From: Marispirochaeta sp.
GTDB lineage: Bacteria > Spirochaetota > Spirochaetia > JC444 > Marispirochaetaceae
NCBI GenBank assembly: GCA_963676835.2
Contig: CAXXFF010000001.1
Coordinates: 672,001-736,000 of the forward strand
DNA length: 64,000 nucleotides
Reading direction: 5' to 3'
The notes beneath the pieces are model-generated. The model worked only from the letters and a program-made list of their open reading frames with translations, did not search any database and was not told where the DNA came from. Within the stretch, counting starts at the first letter, position 1. Every line of letters starts with the position of its first letter. Shown in pieces: positions 9,310-19,436 of the stretch. The position numbers and the translations under genes are program-made.

Positions 9310-12300
9310 TTACAGCCGTGAGTTTATCCGCTGCTGAAGATCCAGCAGTTTCGGGTTGCGGTCATTGTCGCCTTTTTGAATCAGCTGGTCAACAATAAGC
9401 TTTGCCTGAACAAAGTTTCCCTGCTGATAGGATTCCAGGGCCGACTGATACTGCAGCTGATCCGCCGCGGAGAGGATGGTGGCGGCACTGGTATCGACAC
9501 GGATTTCCAGCTGCTGCTTGAGGCTGAGATATTTCGACGGTGGATTAAAGGGGGTATACCGCGCAATAGCCCGCTGAAGTGTCTGCAGTGCTGATGCATA
9601 CTGATCCTGAATTTTATTCTGCCAGATTGAATTGGCCTCTGCATAGAGATTTTCCGCCGCCCGGATGTCCGCAGGATCCGGCTCCCGGACACGCTGTCCG
9701 GTGGCAATTTCCGCTTCGAAGATAAGATCCGCAAGGCCTGGATATGAGGGATTTATCGCCTGCAGCGCCTTGGCAAGGGAGAGGCTTTTCTGATACTCCT
9801 CGCCGTTGAAGGCGGTACGGGCCTGCTGGAACTTTTCTGCAAGGATATTATTACGGGCAGCATTTCCTTCGGTTCTCATCAATTCAATCTTTAAGAGCAG
9901 AATACCCACCTCGAGGTTCTGGGGAAAGGTATTCTGTACAGCCGCCAGCTTCTCTTCAGAGTTGGACAGCAGGCCGTCCACCCCGAAGGTCTGATTATTG
10001 GCTACCCGCTGCTCCGCCGTGAGATAATCCTCCCGGGCAAGGTTGATCAGCTGACTCATTTCCGCATAGAGAGGATCGGTCTTGGCTATATACCAGGCGC
10101 TGGAGGTATTGATGGCCCGGTCGACAAACTCTTTAAGACGTACAATTTCCGGGTTGTCCACACTATCCAGCTGACGGTGATAATCCTCCGCCCGGTCCAG
10201 CATGCGGCTGGCATCTTCAAATGCCTGCTGCCGGATAAGCCGGCGGGCTTCGGCAATTGAGGCTTCCCGCTGGGGCAGGAAGTAGTCCCGCTTAGCCTGG
10301 GCAAGTTCGGAAAGCAGAGACTGAATATCGTACCTGTCGCTGTTGGCAGCGGTTGAATCCGTTCTGCGGTCCAGGAGGTCATCGTACTCACTTTTAAGGG
10401 ACTCCAGAAAGAAATCCCTGGCCTCCCCTACGGTATTTTCTATGGCATTGGGGTTGTTTACATTAAACTGCCTGCTTTCCATCCGCTGCCGGGCTTCGTT
10501 GTAGCGCCGTTCTCCGTCCAGACGGTTCTGCCGGGCCAGTCTTATAAGTTCCGCAGCATCATTGATGCCGAGGGAAGCCCGGTCTATATGGGAACGGAGG
10601 GATCCGGAACGTTGACGGATAGCCGCAAGCCTTGCGGTAACCTGCTCCTGTGCCTGAAGCCATTCCGGCAGATTCCCCATTTCCGCGAGGAGGGATTCAT
10701 TCAGGGAAAGAACCGACCGGGCTTCATCACGGAGGGAGGTGAAAATCTCAGTGGCACGGGTTGGATACCGGGCATTGAAGGTGTCCCCCTGAAAAGAAAT
10801 CGCAGCTCCCCCAAGGGCACTGTTTGCTTCGGCTTCCGCCAGGGCAAACTCGGCCAGTTTACTGTCCAGGGGTTCTTCTGCAATACGGAGGTAGATAAGC
10901 AGAAAGTTTTCGTTACTTGAAGCAAACAGCCCCTCAATCTGGGCAAGCCGTTCATCCTGCTCGGCTGTTGCCAGCATATTTTCCGCCTCAAGCTCCTGAT
11001 CCTCAGGATATTCAATACTGCGTGCGACAATAGTATTACGGATGCGGCTTATCTCAAGCTCCTGGGCATTCAAAGTAAGCCGTGCCCGGGAAATGTCCTC
11101 AATGCTTATGGCCTCATTGGCGGCTACAGCTTCACCCTGGCTCTTCATGCTTTCCCCGAGACGGGCAAGCTCCACAGCCTCGGTACCGAAGGTCTCCATC
11201 AGTTCGGCATACATCTGCATATCCCGGTAGAAGCTGATGTATTCCGGAGCACCCGCTGCATCCGATAGGGCACGGTAATCCGGCAGAGGGCTGCCCTCTT
11301 CCGGGACGGGAGAAATCTGCCCCTGCCAGACAAGAGAAGCCCGGTTCAGTTCCCGGGCAAAATCGCTCATTTTTGCAAATCTTTCCAGAGAGGCGGTATA
11401 TTCTCCCTGACGGAAAAGATCTGCCCCTTCTCCGTAAAGGCCGTAGACACCGTCCGCCAGGGCTGTCAGTACCGCAGATGCGCCGCTGTCCCAGCGGGTA
11501 TCAAGAGCTCCGAGGATACCTTCATCCACCCCGAGTTCTTTCTCCACATTGCTCCTGCCGCGGTTCAGGATGATAAGGTAGGCAAGATGATAGATTTCAT
11601 CCTCTCCCGGTTCTGCATATTCATTGAGAATCAGCAGACGGAGTACTTCAAGGGATCGTACAGTATTCTGAACATCCCAGCGCAGCTGTGAAAGATCCCG
11701 GTAACTCGATTCAAATCCGTTGACCCACTCCCCCAGAGTTTCCACAGTAACTTCTGATGAAAATTCTTTAAGGAATGTTGTTGAAGATTCAAGGGCGGGA
11801 AGATTCTGAAGAAACTTATTTCCCAGCTGGGAAGATCTGGACCGCAGCTGTCCTGCTTCCGCCATGGCTTCGGGCTCATACTGTTTGGTTTGAAATATAT
11901 CCAGAGCAAGATCATAGCCTGAGAGGTAGGTTTCCACCGCCCCTTTATAATTCTTCTGCTCCAGCTGTGTCAGAGCAGCATCCATAAGATTGGCATGGCG
12001 GATCCTGTTGTATACGCTACCGGTTGCTTCCCGCGCCCGCACCAGGCCTTCCCGGGCATCTGCATTGGGATAGGGGTCCATCTGTTCCAGCTCTTTGATG
12101 ATTGTATAGGATTCGGAAAGGCCCGCATCATCCTGCTGCTCCAGGGCATTCTGATAGAGCGCTACCAGCTCCTCAAAGGTGCGGTTGTAGCGGTTCTTTG
12201 CCGCCCGGATTGCATTGATAAGGGACTGGGCCTCATCGAAGCGGTCGGGATAGTCTTTCATAACCTGGGCGGTAAGGCTTATGGCAAGGTTGTAGTTCTG

Positions 12301-12441
12301 CTGTTCATAGGCTGCGCGGGCCTCTGCCAGGGGATCCAGCTCCGCCTGACCGCCCGCCCACAAAGGGCCCAGAGCAAGGGTAAACATCAGGAAGAGGAGA
12401 ATATGCGCTAAATTCGGCCTAAATATCGATCTGACAACCAT
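9310..12441 (-). CDS. Exported alpha-helical/TPR-like protein
   Basis: ~1040-aa ORF, signal-peptide-like N-terminus, TPR-like repeats at both ends; start uncertain (12441 or 12465). Confidence 0.75.
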   Translation of the reverse strand: MVVRSIFRPNLAHILLFLMFTLALGPLWAGGQAELDPLAEARAAYEQQNYNLAISLTAQVMKDYPDRFDEAQSLINAIRAAKNRYNRTFEELVALYQNALEQQDDAGLSESYTIIKELEQMDPYPNADAREGLVRAREATGSVYNRIRHANLMDAALTQLEQKNYKGAVETYLSGYDLALDIFQTKQYEPEAMAEAGQLRSRSSQLGNKFLQNLPALESSTTFLKEFSSEVTVETLGEWVNGFESSYRDLSQLRWDVQNTVRSLEVLRLLILNEYAEPGEDEIYHLAYLIILNRGRSNVEKELGVDEGILGALDTRWDSGASAVLTALADGVYGLYGEGADLFRQGEYTASLERFAKMSDFARELNRASLVWQGQISPVPEEGSPLPDYRALSDAAGAPEYISFYRDMQMYAELMETFGTEAVELARLGESMKSQGEAVAANEAISIEDISRARLTLNAQELEISRIRNTIVARSIEYPEDQELEAENMLATAEQDERLAQIEGLFASSNENFLLIYLRIAEEPLDSKLAEFALAEAEANSALGGAAISFQGDTFNARYPTRATEIFTSLRDEARSVLSLNESLLAEMGNLPEWLQAQEQVTARLAAIRQRSGSLRSHIDRASLGINDAAELIRLARQNRLDGERRYNEARQRMESRQFNVNNPNAIENTVGEARDFFLESLKSEYDDLLDRRTDSTAANSDRYDIQSLLSELAQAKRDYFLPQREASIAEARRLIRQQAFEDASRMLDRAEDYHRQLDSVDNPEIVRLKEFVDRAINTSSAWYIAKTDPLYAEMSQLINLAREDYLTAEQRVANNQTFGVDGLLSNSEEKLAAVQNTFPQNLEVGILLLKIELMRTEGNAARNNILAEKFQQARTAFNGEEYQKSLSLAKALQAINPSYPGLADLIFEAEIATGQRVREPDPADIRAAENLYAEANSIWQNKIQDQYASALQTLQRAIARYTPFNPPSKYLSLKQQLEIRVDTSAATILSAADQLQYQSALESYQQGNFVQAKLIVDQLIQKGDNDRNPKLLDLQQRINSRL

Positions 12442-12613
12442 TTCTTCGCTCAGAATGTACCACATTTATCGGCATTTTTGGGGGTCTTGGTGAGCCGCTT
12501 TCATCTCCGCCGTTTTTTTGAGTACAATATAGCGGGGAAGACTTGAAAAGAGTAGATACGGGGCCGAAAATATAGAATATATCCTGTTCCGGTGGTATAT
12601 TTAGAGCACACTG

Positions 12614-13885
12614 ATGGAAAAGCCTTTCAGCGCCTTTACAGAAAAAAAACTCCTGCTTATTCTGCTTGCGGGCATCCTCTGCTTTGTCCCCTATACAGCC
12701 TCCGCAGAGGGCTTTTTCAGTTCCTACTACGACTTCGCCTCGATCTTTTCAGATCCGAATACGGGATTAACCGCATTTCCCATTCTTACGATTCCCATGG
12801 GAGGACGCTACGAGGCCATGGGTACGGCATTTACCGCCCTGGCGGATGACTTTTCCTACCTCGATGCAAATCCCGCGGCAAGTTCAAGACTGGACAGAAC
12901 CCAGATCGCCCTGGCCCATAATGCCTGGATTGCGGATACCTCCATCGACAGTGCGGTATATACGGTCCGCTACGACAAACTGGGCCTCGGTTTTGCCACC
13001 AAATTTCTCTATGTTCCCTTTACGGAATATGATGACTGGGGGGATTCCCAGTCCAGTATTTACTATTCGGAAACCCTTGCAACGGCAAATATCTCCTATA
13101 ACTTTTTCTCCGATTACTATTTTGAAGGTCTCTCGGTGGGGGCGAATGTAAAAGCTGCATACCGGAATATCCCGGAGGTTATTGAACCTGGACAGTCCGC
13201 CCTGGCTTTTATGGGAGATATCGGACTGCTGACCCGGTTCAATTTTCTTAAAAACTACCATTCCCGGGATAAAAACTTTTCCCTGGGACTGACTGCACGG
13301 AACCTCGGGATAAGTACAGACGGCGAAGCCCTGCCGAGTGAAGCATCCCTGGGAGTGGCCTACAAACCAATACGACCCCTTACGCTTACAACGGACTTCA
13401 ACTATCCCTTCAGCCTGGTACCGGATGTTCCTGCGGAATCCTGGAATATCGCCACCGGAATGGACCTGCAGATAACCGATTTCTTCGCCATGCAGAGCGG
13501 CTTCCATTACAAGGGAGGCAACCCCAGGTTTTCTCTGGGAAGCGAGCTGTTAACGGATACCATGTCGCTGAATGTAAACTACACCATGGGACTTGATACT
13601 CAGGTTTCGGCCCCCCTGGACCGCTTAAGCGTTGTCGCGTCTCTGGATATGGGTGATCGAGGCCGCTTTGAACGGGAAACGATGGCGGAAGAACAGTATA
13701 TTGCAGGACTTGAAGCCTACGCTTCGGGAGATCTCCAGAAGGCCATAGCCCATTGGGAAGCGGCCCTTGAGCTTAACCCCGATTTTACCCCCGCCAGAGA
13801 AAACATGGATACTGCCAAAAAAACCGTTGATCTGCAGCAGGATCTGATTGACATCAATACCCTGCTGGACAGCACTGAAGGCTGA
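12614..13885 (+). CDS. UPF0164 family (FadL/PorV-like) outer-membrane beta-barrel with C-terminal TPR
   Basis: Signal peptide; LTIPMGGRYEAMGTAFTALADD..ANPA..LAHNAWIAD motif; amphipathic beta-strands; TPR (YIAGLEAYASGDLQKAIAHWEAALELNP). Confidence 0.8.
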   Translation: MEKPFSAFTEKKLLLILLAGILCFVPYTASAEGFFSSYYDFASIFSDPNTGLTAFPILTIPMGGRYEAMGTAFTALADDFSYLDANPAASSRLDRTQIALAHNAWIADTSIDSAVYTVRYDKLGLGFATKFLYVPFTEYDDWGDSQSSIYYSETLATANISYNFFSDYYFEGLSVGANVKAAYRNIPEVIEPGQSALAFMGDIGLLTRFNFLKNYHSRDKNFSLGLTARNLGISTDGEALPSEASLGVAYKPIRPLTLTTDFNYPFSLVPDVPAESWNIATGMDLQITDFFAMQSGFHYKGGNPRFSLGSELLTDTMSLNVNYTMGLDTQVSAPLDRLSVVASLDMGDRGRFERETMAEEQYIAGLEAYASGDLQKAIAHWEAALELNPDFTPARENMDTAKKTVDLQQDLIDINTLLDSTEG

Positions 13886-13933
13886 TACTTTTTTACTATC
13901 TTATCGCTTTAAATTTCCAGCGTTCCTTACTTC

Positions 13934-14722
13934 CTACTTCCCCTGACTCTCTTCAAGTTTAATTCCATGATACAGAGCAAAAAGGGAGAGATCCATTTTT
14001 CTGGACCCGAACTGCCGGGAAAGGTTCTGCAGATCTCTCTCCCCGCCATCCTTTGCAGACTTCGCCAGGTCCCGAATGCGTTTCTCCTGCTTTTTCAGCT
14101 CTCTGCTGCCAAGGCGTGCCTCAATGTAGCGAAGAAGATCCGAAGCGGCTTCGGGATTAAGATGGGAATAGAAGCTGTCAGTAGGAGCAATAAGGGATTC
14201 AAGGACCTGCTGGGGGCTTTCTGTCTCAACCCGGTGAAGATTCTTCTCCACTTCATGGACAAACTGATCCTCTTCAAAGTATATGGCATCAACCTTCTGG
14301 CGAAGCTCGGCCCTCTTTCTGGATGACCAGACAGAGGAGAGATCCCTGCGGGAGAGAATAAAATAGACTGCTCCGGAAGCCCCAAGGGCAACAAGCAGCT
14401 CATCTACCATGGGAAGAGGATCCCGGATAACCAGGCTCAGAAACAGATAGGTAAACAGAAACAGACCGGAGCTTATAAGAAAACGGGGAATAAACCGGCG
14501 CTCCGCAACCCAGATCTTTACTGCCTGCTCAACCGTGCGGTAGAGCTCGTTGCGAAAATGGGTTACCGCCTCTACCCGGGGCTCACGACCGTAGAGGCCG
14601 ACAATGGTCGTATTCTCGAGAACCTGAATAATTCCTGCATTGTCCTGAAAAGGATCAAGGAAAAACGAACTCCCGTCTTTGCGGGAAATGTGAAACAGGT
14701 AAGTCTGATCTGCTTTATCCAT
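13934..14722 (-). CDS. Hypothetical membrane protein (2 TM)
   Basis: 262-aa ORF with two hydrophobic segments, own promoter directly upstream. Confidence 0.7.
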   Translation of the reverse strand: MDKADQTYLFHISRKDGSSFFLDPFQDNAGIIQVLENTTIVGLYGREPRVEAVTHFRNELYRTVEQAVKIWVAERRFIPRFLISSGLFLFTYLFLSLVIRDPLPMVDELLVALGASGAVYFILSRRDLSSVWSSRKRAELRQKVDAIYFEEDQFVHEVEKNLHRVETESPQQVLESLIAPTDSFYSHLNPEAASDLLRYIEARLGSRELKKQEKRIRDLAKSAKDGGERDLQNLSRQFGSRKMDLSLFALYHGIKLEESQGK

Positions 14723-14730
14723 ACAAATTC

Positions 14731-14759
14731 AAGTTAATTGCGGCATCATGGCTTGTCAA
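14731..14759 (-). promoter_or_regulatory. Putative sigma70 promoter, probably leaderless transcript
   Basis: TTGACA-17-TAACTT, 8 nt before the ATG at 14722, no SD. Confidence 0.6.
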
Positions 14760-15442
14760 GAATCAGATTGATCCTGACTCGAAATCTTTTCAAATATTAC
14801 CTTTACGTAATGATATACCACCATTACCGCCACTGCAGATGATATCAAGCCTGCGGGAACCGCTGCCAGATAATCAAATGTCAGAGCAGAGGAGCCCCTG
14901 GCGGCTGTCCAGATTAGAACAAAAAGAACAATCCGGGAGAACCCCTGCTCATACAGCAGGTCGCCGGTATCCCTTAAGGTAAACTCAAAGGAACTTGAAT
15001 GGGGTTCGGAAAAGGAGAAAAAACGGGAGGCAAGATACCCGGCCAGATATTTTCCCGCAAATACCCCCGCAGCGACAAGGGGAGCAGTAAGATGTACAGA
15101 GCCTGCCTGCACCCCGGCAGAAACAGCTCCGGAAGCCGCAAGCAGGGCAACCACGCAACGCCAGGCAATTCCGATACCGGCAGCGGCGATAATGAGGCCT
15201 ATAGGAACCGCTACTGCCGGATGGATTCTGGTCTCTTCCCTTCCGGAAGAGAGAAAACGAAACCAGACAGTAAGTCCGTACAGTCCATCCGCTGCAAGCA
15301 GCAGACTGCCGCTGTAAAAAGCACCCAGAAACTTTACTCCACAGCCGCTGACATCGAGGAGCAGCCAGACAAGCAGTACTATGGAACTGCGGATGCCTTT
15401 GGAAGGATCAGGCTTCAATGGACTCTCCGCCCGAATGCGCAT
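14756..15442 (-). CDS. Degenerate cation diffusion facilitator (CDF)-like membrane protein
   Basis: About 6 TM; KFLGAFYSGSLLLAADGLYGL resembles CDF TM1-2; FDYLAAV resembles the CDF TM6 start. Confidence 0.5.
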   Translation of the reverse strand: MRIRAESPLKPDPSKGIRSSIVLLVWLLLDVSGCGVKFLGAFYSGSLLLAADGLYGLTVWFRFLSSGREETRIHPAVAVPIGLIIAAAGIGIAWRCVVALLAASGAVSAGVQAGSVHLTAPLVAAGVFAGKYLAGYLASRFFSFSEPHSSSFEFTLRDTGDLLYEQGFSRIVLFVLIWTAARGSSALTFDYLAAVPAGLISSAVAVMVVYHYVKVIFEKISSQDQSDS

Positions 15443-16313
15443 CGATAAAGCTTAGAAGTTCATCTTCCTTGAAGAGCTTCGCATAATCCCTGGCAGACAT
15501 CCCCAGAGCATCCTTTATGTGAAGATCCGCCCCGGCCTCTATGAGCAGCTCGGCTATGCGGAAATTCTTCTGCCCCACCGCCAGAATAAGGGCGGTCTGC
15601 CCGTTTTTACTTTTCTGATCTATATTAGCTCCGGCCTTGATAAGCCGAATAACAATGCTTTTCATGCCCTCCGCAGCGGCATCCATAAGAGCCGTATTTC
15701 CCCGGTCATCGGAGACAGCATCAATGGAAGCCCCCCGGGAAAGCAGAAGCTTGACCACCGCCCCGTGTTTTGACCTCACCGCCAGGGAAAGTACCGGAAC
15801 TCCCTGCATATCCCGGGTATCCGGAGAGAGGCCTGCCCGGAGGAAAAGGTTTACAATACGAAGCTCGCCGCTGGTGACAGTCTTTATAAAATCATCCGCC
15901 CGCCGCCCGTGACCTGCCGCCATAAGAGCTTCGATGGCATTCCGTACCACCTCTGCGGCTTTCCACTCGTTATGGTGAACACTCCAGACAAGACGCAGCT
16001 CCTTAACTGTTTTAACCCGGGTAAGATGACTCAGGTTTTCAGGCAGATCCATGCTTCCCGTAAGGACCAGCACTTTACCGCTGCCGAGGCAGTAGCCGCT
16101 GAAGAAATCGAGACACGAGGGGATTTCCCCGGATGCAGATTTACCGGGGACCGCCATAAAATGGGAACACTCTTCAATCCACCGCCCGGCAGAAGCCCGC
16201 CAGTCTAGGGATGTATCGCAGAGCAGGTATTCAAGCCCCTCTTCCGCCAAGAGTTCTCCCAGCTTCCGTCCCTTCTCCAACTGTTGTATGCCGCAAAGTA
16301 TGCCTATCTTCAT
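15408..16313 (-). CDS. Ankyrin repeat protein
   Basis: GVPVLSLAV, GNTALMDAA, GQTALILAV, GMSARDYA repeats. Confidence 0.9.
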   Translation of the reverse strand: MKIGILCGIQQLEKGRKLGELLAEEGLEYLLCDTSLDWRASAGRWIEECSHFMAVPGKSASGEIPSCLDFFSGYCLGSGKVLVLTGSMDLPENLSHLTRVKTVKELRLVWSVHHNEWKAAEVVRNAIEALMAAGHGRRADDFIKTVTSGELRIVNLFLRAGLSPDTRDMQGVPVLSLAVRSKHGAVVKLLLSRGASIDAVSDDRGNTALMDAAAEGMKSIVIRLIKAGANIDQKSKNGQTALILAVGQKNFRIAELLIEAGADLHIKDALGMSARDYAKLFKEDELLSFIDAHSGGESIEA

Positions 16314-19300
16314 ATCCGTTTATATTCCAGTTCAAATAGTTGCATACCTCCCGGCAGGAATCAAGTGTTTTAAGTTCAAGGATTTGCAGATCATCAACCA
16401 CTATCTGATACACACCGAACTCCTCTTCCACCGTGCCGGACACCAGAAAGCCGTAGCCCCGGGCAATGGCGGCATACAGCCTGCGGTATGAGGCGGGAAA
16501 CAGAACTGTTTCAAAAATACTGTTTCTGTCTTCAAAACTTAAAAAACACATATCCTTTTTCGTACGGGTTCGAACCTCCTTGCCGGTTACCAGTACTGCA
16601 GCCAGGGAGACACTTTTTTTGTGATAATCCGGGATATCCCGGGAACTGATCAGACAGGGGGGAAGTTCTTCCGGCGGCGGCATAACCAGGAGTTCCGCCG
16701 GGTGAACCCCCGTAAGAATTCCCAGAGTGCGGGCCTGATCCCGCAGTTTCTCCTCCGGCGGATAGTCCTTGACCGCAGCGGGCACCGGAGGCAGGGCAAA
16801 AAGTTCCGGATGGCGGGAGAAATGGAAAAAATGCCAGAACAGCCCCGGGCGGTGGTCAGCCCCGGCAATGGAGTCGAGACAGCCGGAACGGATAAGCCCC
16901 CGGATATCCGCAAGAGCCGGTTCCAGCCGGGTAAGGAGATCCTGAAAATCCGCAAAGGGCCCTCTGCGGCTGCGTTCCTTCAAGAGGGCGGCAATAAACT
17001 CTCCGGAGACCCCTTTGAGCTGGGAAAAACCGGCCCGCAGCCTGTCGCCCTCTCCGCTCCGTTCCACCGTATAGGCCGACAGGCTGCGGTTTATATCCGG
17101 AGGAAGTACCTCAAATCCTTCCCGGACAACGGCATTGAGGTAGACCTGCCGGGAATAGAAGCCGCCGCCGTTATTAATTACAGAGCAGAAAAACTCCAGG
17201 GGATAACGAACCTTGAGCCAGGCAAGTCGGTAGGAAACCAGGGCGTAGGAGGCGCTGTGAGCCTTGCAGAAGGAGTAGCCCTCGAAGGAGACAATGCCTT
17301 CCCAGATTTCATCCAGGGTTTCTGCGGCAATACCCCGGGACCTTCCCCGGCGGTAGAAATCTTCCCGGAAGGACGGCAGGGAAAAGCGGCGGTCTTTTTT
17401 GGAGAGAACCTTGCGCAGTCCGTCCGCCTCGGCGGCACTGTAACCGCAGACAGCCATCACCACCCGGGAGACATCCTCCTGATAGACCATAATGCCGTAG
17501 CTTTCCCGGAGGACTTCCTCTGCATCGGGGTGCAGGGTACGGTATGAGGCGCCGCGGAGGCGCTCCAGAAACGCGGTAATATAACGGTTGGCCGCAGGCC
17601 GGATAATGGAGCTGGCTATAACCAGGTGGGTGTAATCCCCCCGGTGCATCTTCTTCAGAAGCTGCCGGGTAGCCGGGGATTCAATGTAGAACACCCCCAG
17701 GGTTCTCCCCTCCTCGATCATTTCCCGGGTTCTCTCATCTCCCAGGGGATTAAAGCTCTCCCAGTCCAGGGCCTTTTTTCCCGATGCCCTGCGCAGAGGA
17801 GCCGTAAGCTCCAGGGTATCCCGCAGAACCGCCAGGGAGCGGTTTCCCAGAAGATCGATCTTTACCAGTCCCGCATCTTCGGTCCGTCTTTCTCCCAGGC
17901 GATAAGGGGCCAGCCCAGGGGGGAGGTTGTGATATGGGTATAATCGGTAATGGGACCCGGGGTAATTACAACGCCCCCGGGATGGGTGCCAAGATGACGG
18001 GGCATACCGTAAAGCCGCCCCGCAGCAGAGGAGAGCCAGCCGGGGACCTCGGACTCTCCAAGCCGAAAGGCCTCTGCCAGGGGACCGATATCCGGTTCGG
18101 GCATCCCGTAGGCCCGGGCTGCTTCACGGAAGGCGGAGCGGGAACCGAAGGTAACATGATCGGCCACCATTCCCGCCCGCCCCGGATAGGTATCGAATAC
18201 ATACTGCAGAGTAGTCTCCCTTTCGTCCCAGGGAAAATCCACATCAATATCCGGCGGATCCTTTCGTCCCATATTGAGAAAGCGTTCAAAGAAAAGATCC
18301 CGGGCAAGGGGATCCACATGGGTAATGCCCAGCAGGTAGGAGACGATACTGGCGGCGGAGCTGCCCCGGCCGCAGGTGCGGGGACAGCGGGAAACAATGT
18401 CGTGGACCACGAGAAAGTAGCCGGCAAATCCCTTGCGGCGGATTATATTGAGCTCATAATCAAGCCTCCGGCTGATCTCCTGTGTCTCTCGGCCGAAACG
18501 GCGGCGGATTCCCCGGCGGCAGAGCTCCCGGAGCCGGGCAAACTCCTCCTCTTCCCGAAGCCCCTGAAAGGAGGGAAACACGTAGCTTCCGGAAAAAAGA
18601 GTGCCCGCCCCCTCGTCCGCCAGCAGCCGGGTCTGATAGAGGGCATCGGGAACGGCGGAAAAGAAGGCCTCCATTTCGGCGGGACTTACCCGGCGCCGGA
18701 AATCCGGCGGAAAAGCTGCAGCGGAATCCGAATTTATGGCGCGGTTGCGGTCGACCGCCCGCAGTACCCGGAAAAAGCTGCGGTCATCTTCGCTTTGCCA
18801 GAGTGCAGCATTGAGAGCTATGGGGGGAATACGGTAGCGCCTGGCGGCGGCAAGCATGGAGCGGAAAGGCAGCCCGTAAACCAGTGCGGCCCGCAGCCCC
18901 CGGATGGACCGTTGCAGCAGCTTCGGCAGAAGTTCCGGCCGGAATACCGCAACCCTGAGGCCGTCCCAACCCTCTTCCAGCAGAAGGGCTGCCGGATCGG
19001 CCCCTTCCGCTGCCCGGCGGGTAAGAATGCGGTTAATCCGGGCAAAGCCGTTTGCGTTGAGGGGATAGCAGGTAAACAGAGGCAGCCCCGCCGGATCTTC
19101 CAAAGATGATGATGAGGATGAGGATGACGGCAAAGAAGAGAACTCCACTCCGGCCAGGGGTTTCAGACCGTATCTGGCCGCCGCCCGGTAGAAGGAAGGC
19201 AGCCCATAGAGGTTTTCCCGATCCACCATTCCGACACGGACCGCCCCTTCTCCGGCAGCCCTGCGGCAGATGTCGTCAGGGGAAAAAAGACCGGATAAGA

Positions 19301-19352
19301 GGGAATAATGGCTGCGGCAGTGCACCGGCGGAAGGGGTACGTCATTCTTCAT
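16231..19352 (-). pseudogene. dnaE2: DNA polymerase III alpha-family (DnaE2-like) gene, frameshifted at ~17882 (pseudogene or sequence error)
   Basis: PHP-like HCRSHYSLL, GRGSSAAS, PPDIDVDF, HPGGVVI in ORF 17862-19352; EDAGLVKIDLLG, YQED, GYSFCKAHSASYA and OB-fold in the other frame; about 1040 aa if one base is restored. Confidence 0.85.
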
Positions 19353-19393
19353 ATACTATACATAAGTTTAGTATTAATAAAAAATGTATTCAA
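19353..19393 (-). promoter_or_regulatory. dnaE2 promoter with overlapping palindromic operator
   Basis: TTGAAT(19393-19388)-17-TAAACT(19370-19365); palindrome ATACTATACATAAGTTTAGTAT at 19353-19374. Confidence 0.6.
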
Positions 19394-19436
19394 GGAGTTG
19401 CCGGAGCATTTTGTTCATGCATAGTATATCATCAGA

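Noticed and set aside
12466..12473. GCCGATAA sigma28 -10 box upstream of the TPR gene
   Set aside because: No TAAA -35 at the right spacing
17880..17897. Programmed -1 frameshift in dnaE2
   Set aside because: Context TGG GAG AAA GAC GGA has no X XXY YYZ slippery site; mutation or sequence error is more likely
16621..19109. Long plus-strand ORFs (16621-17547, 17934-19109)
   Set aside because: Antisense shadows of the GC-rich dnaE2 gene, with no recognisable motifs
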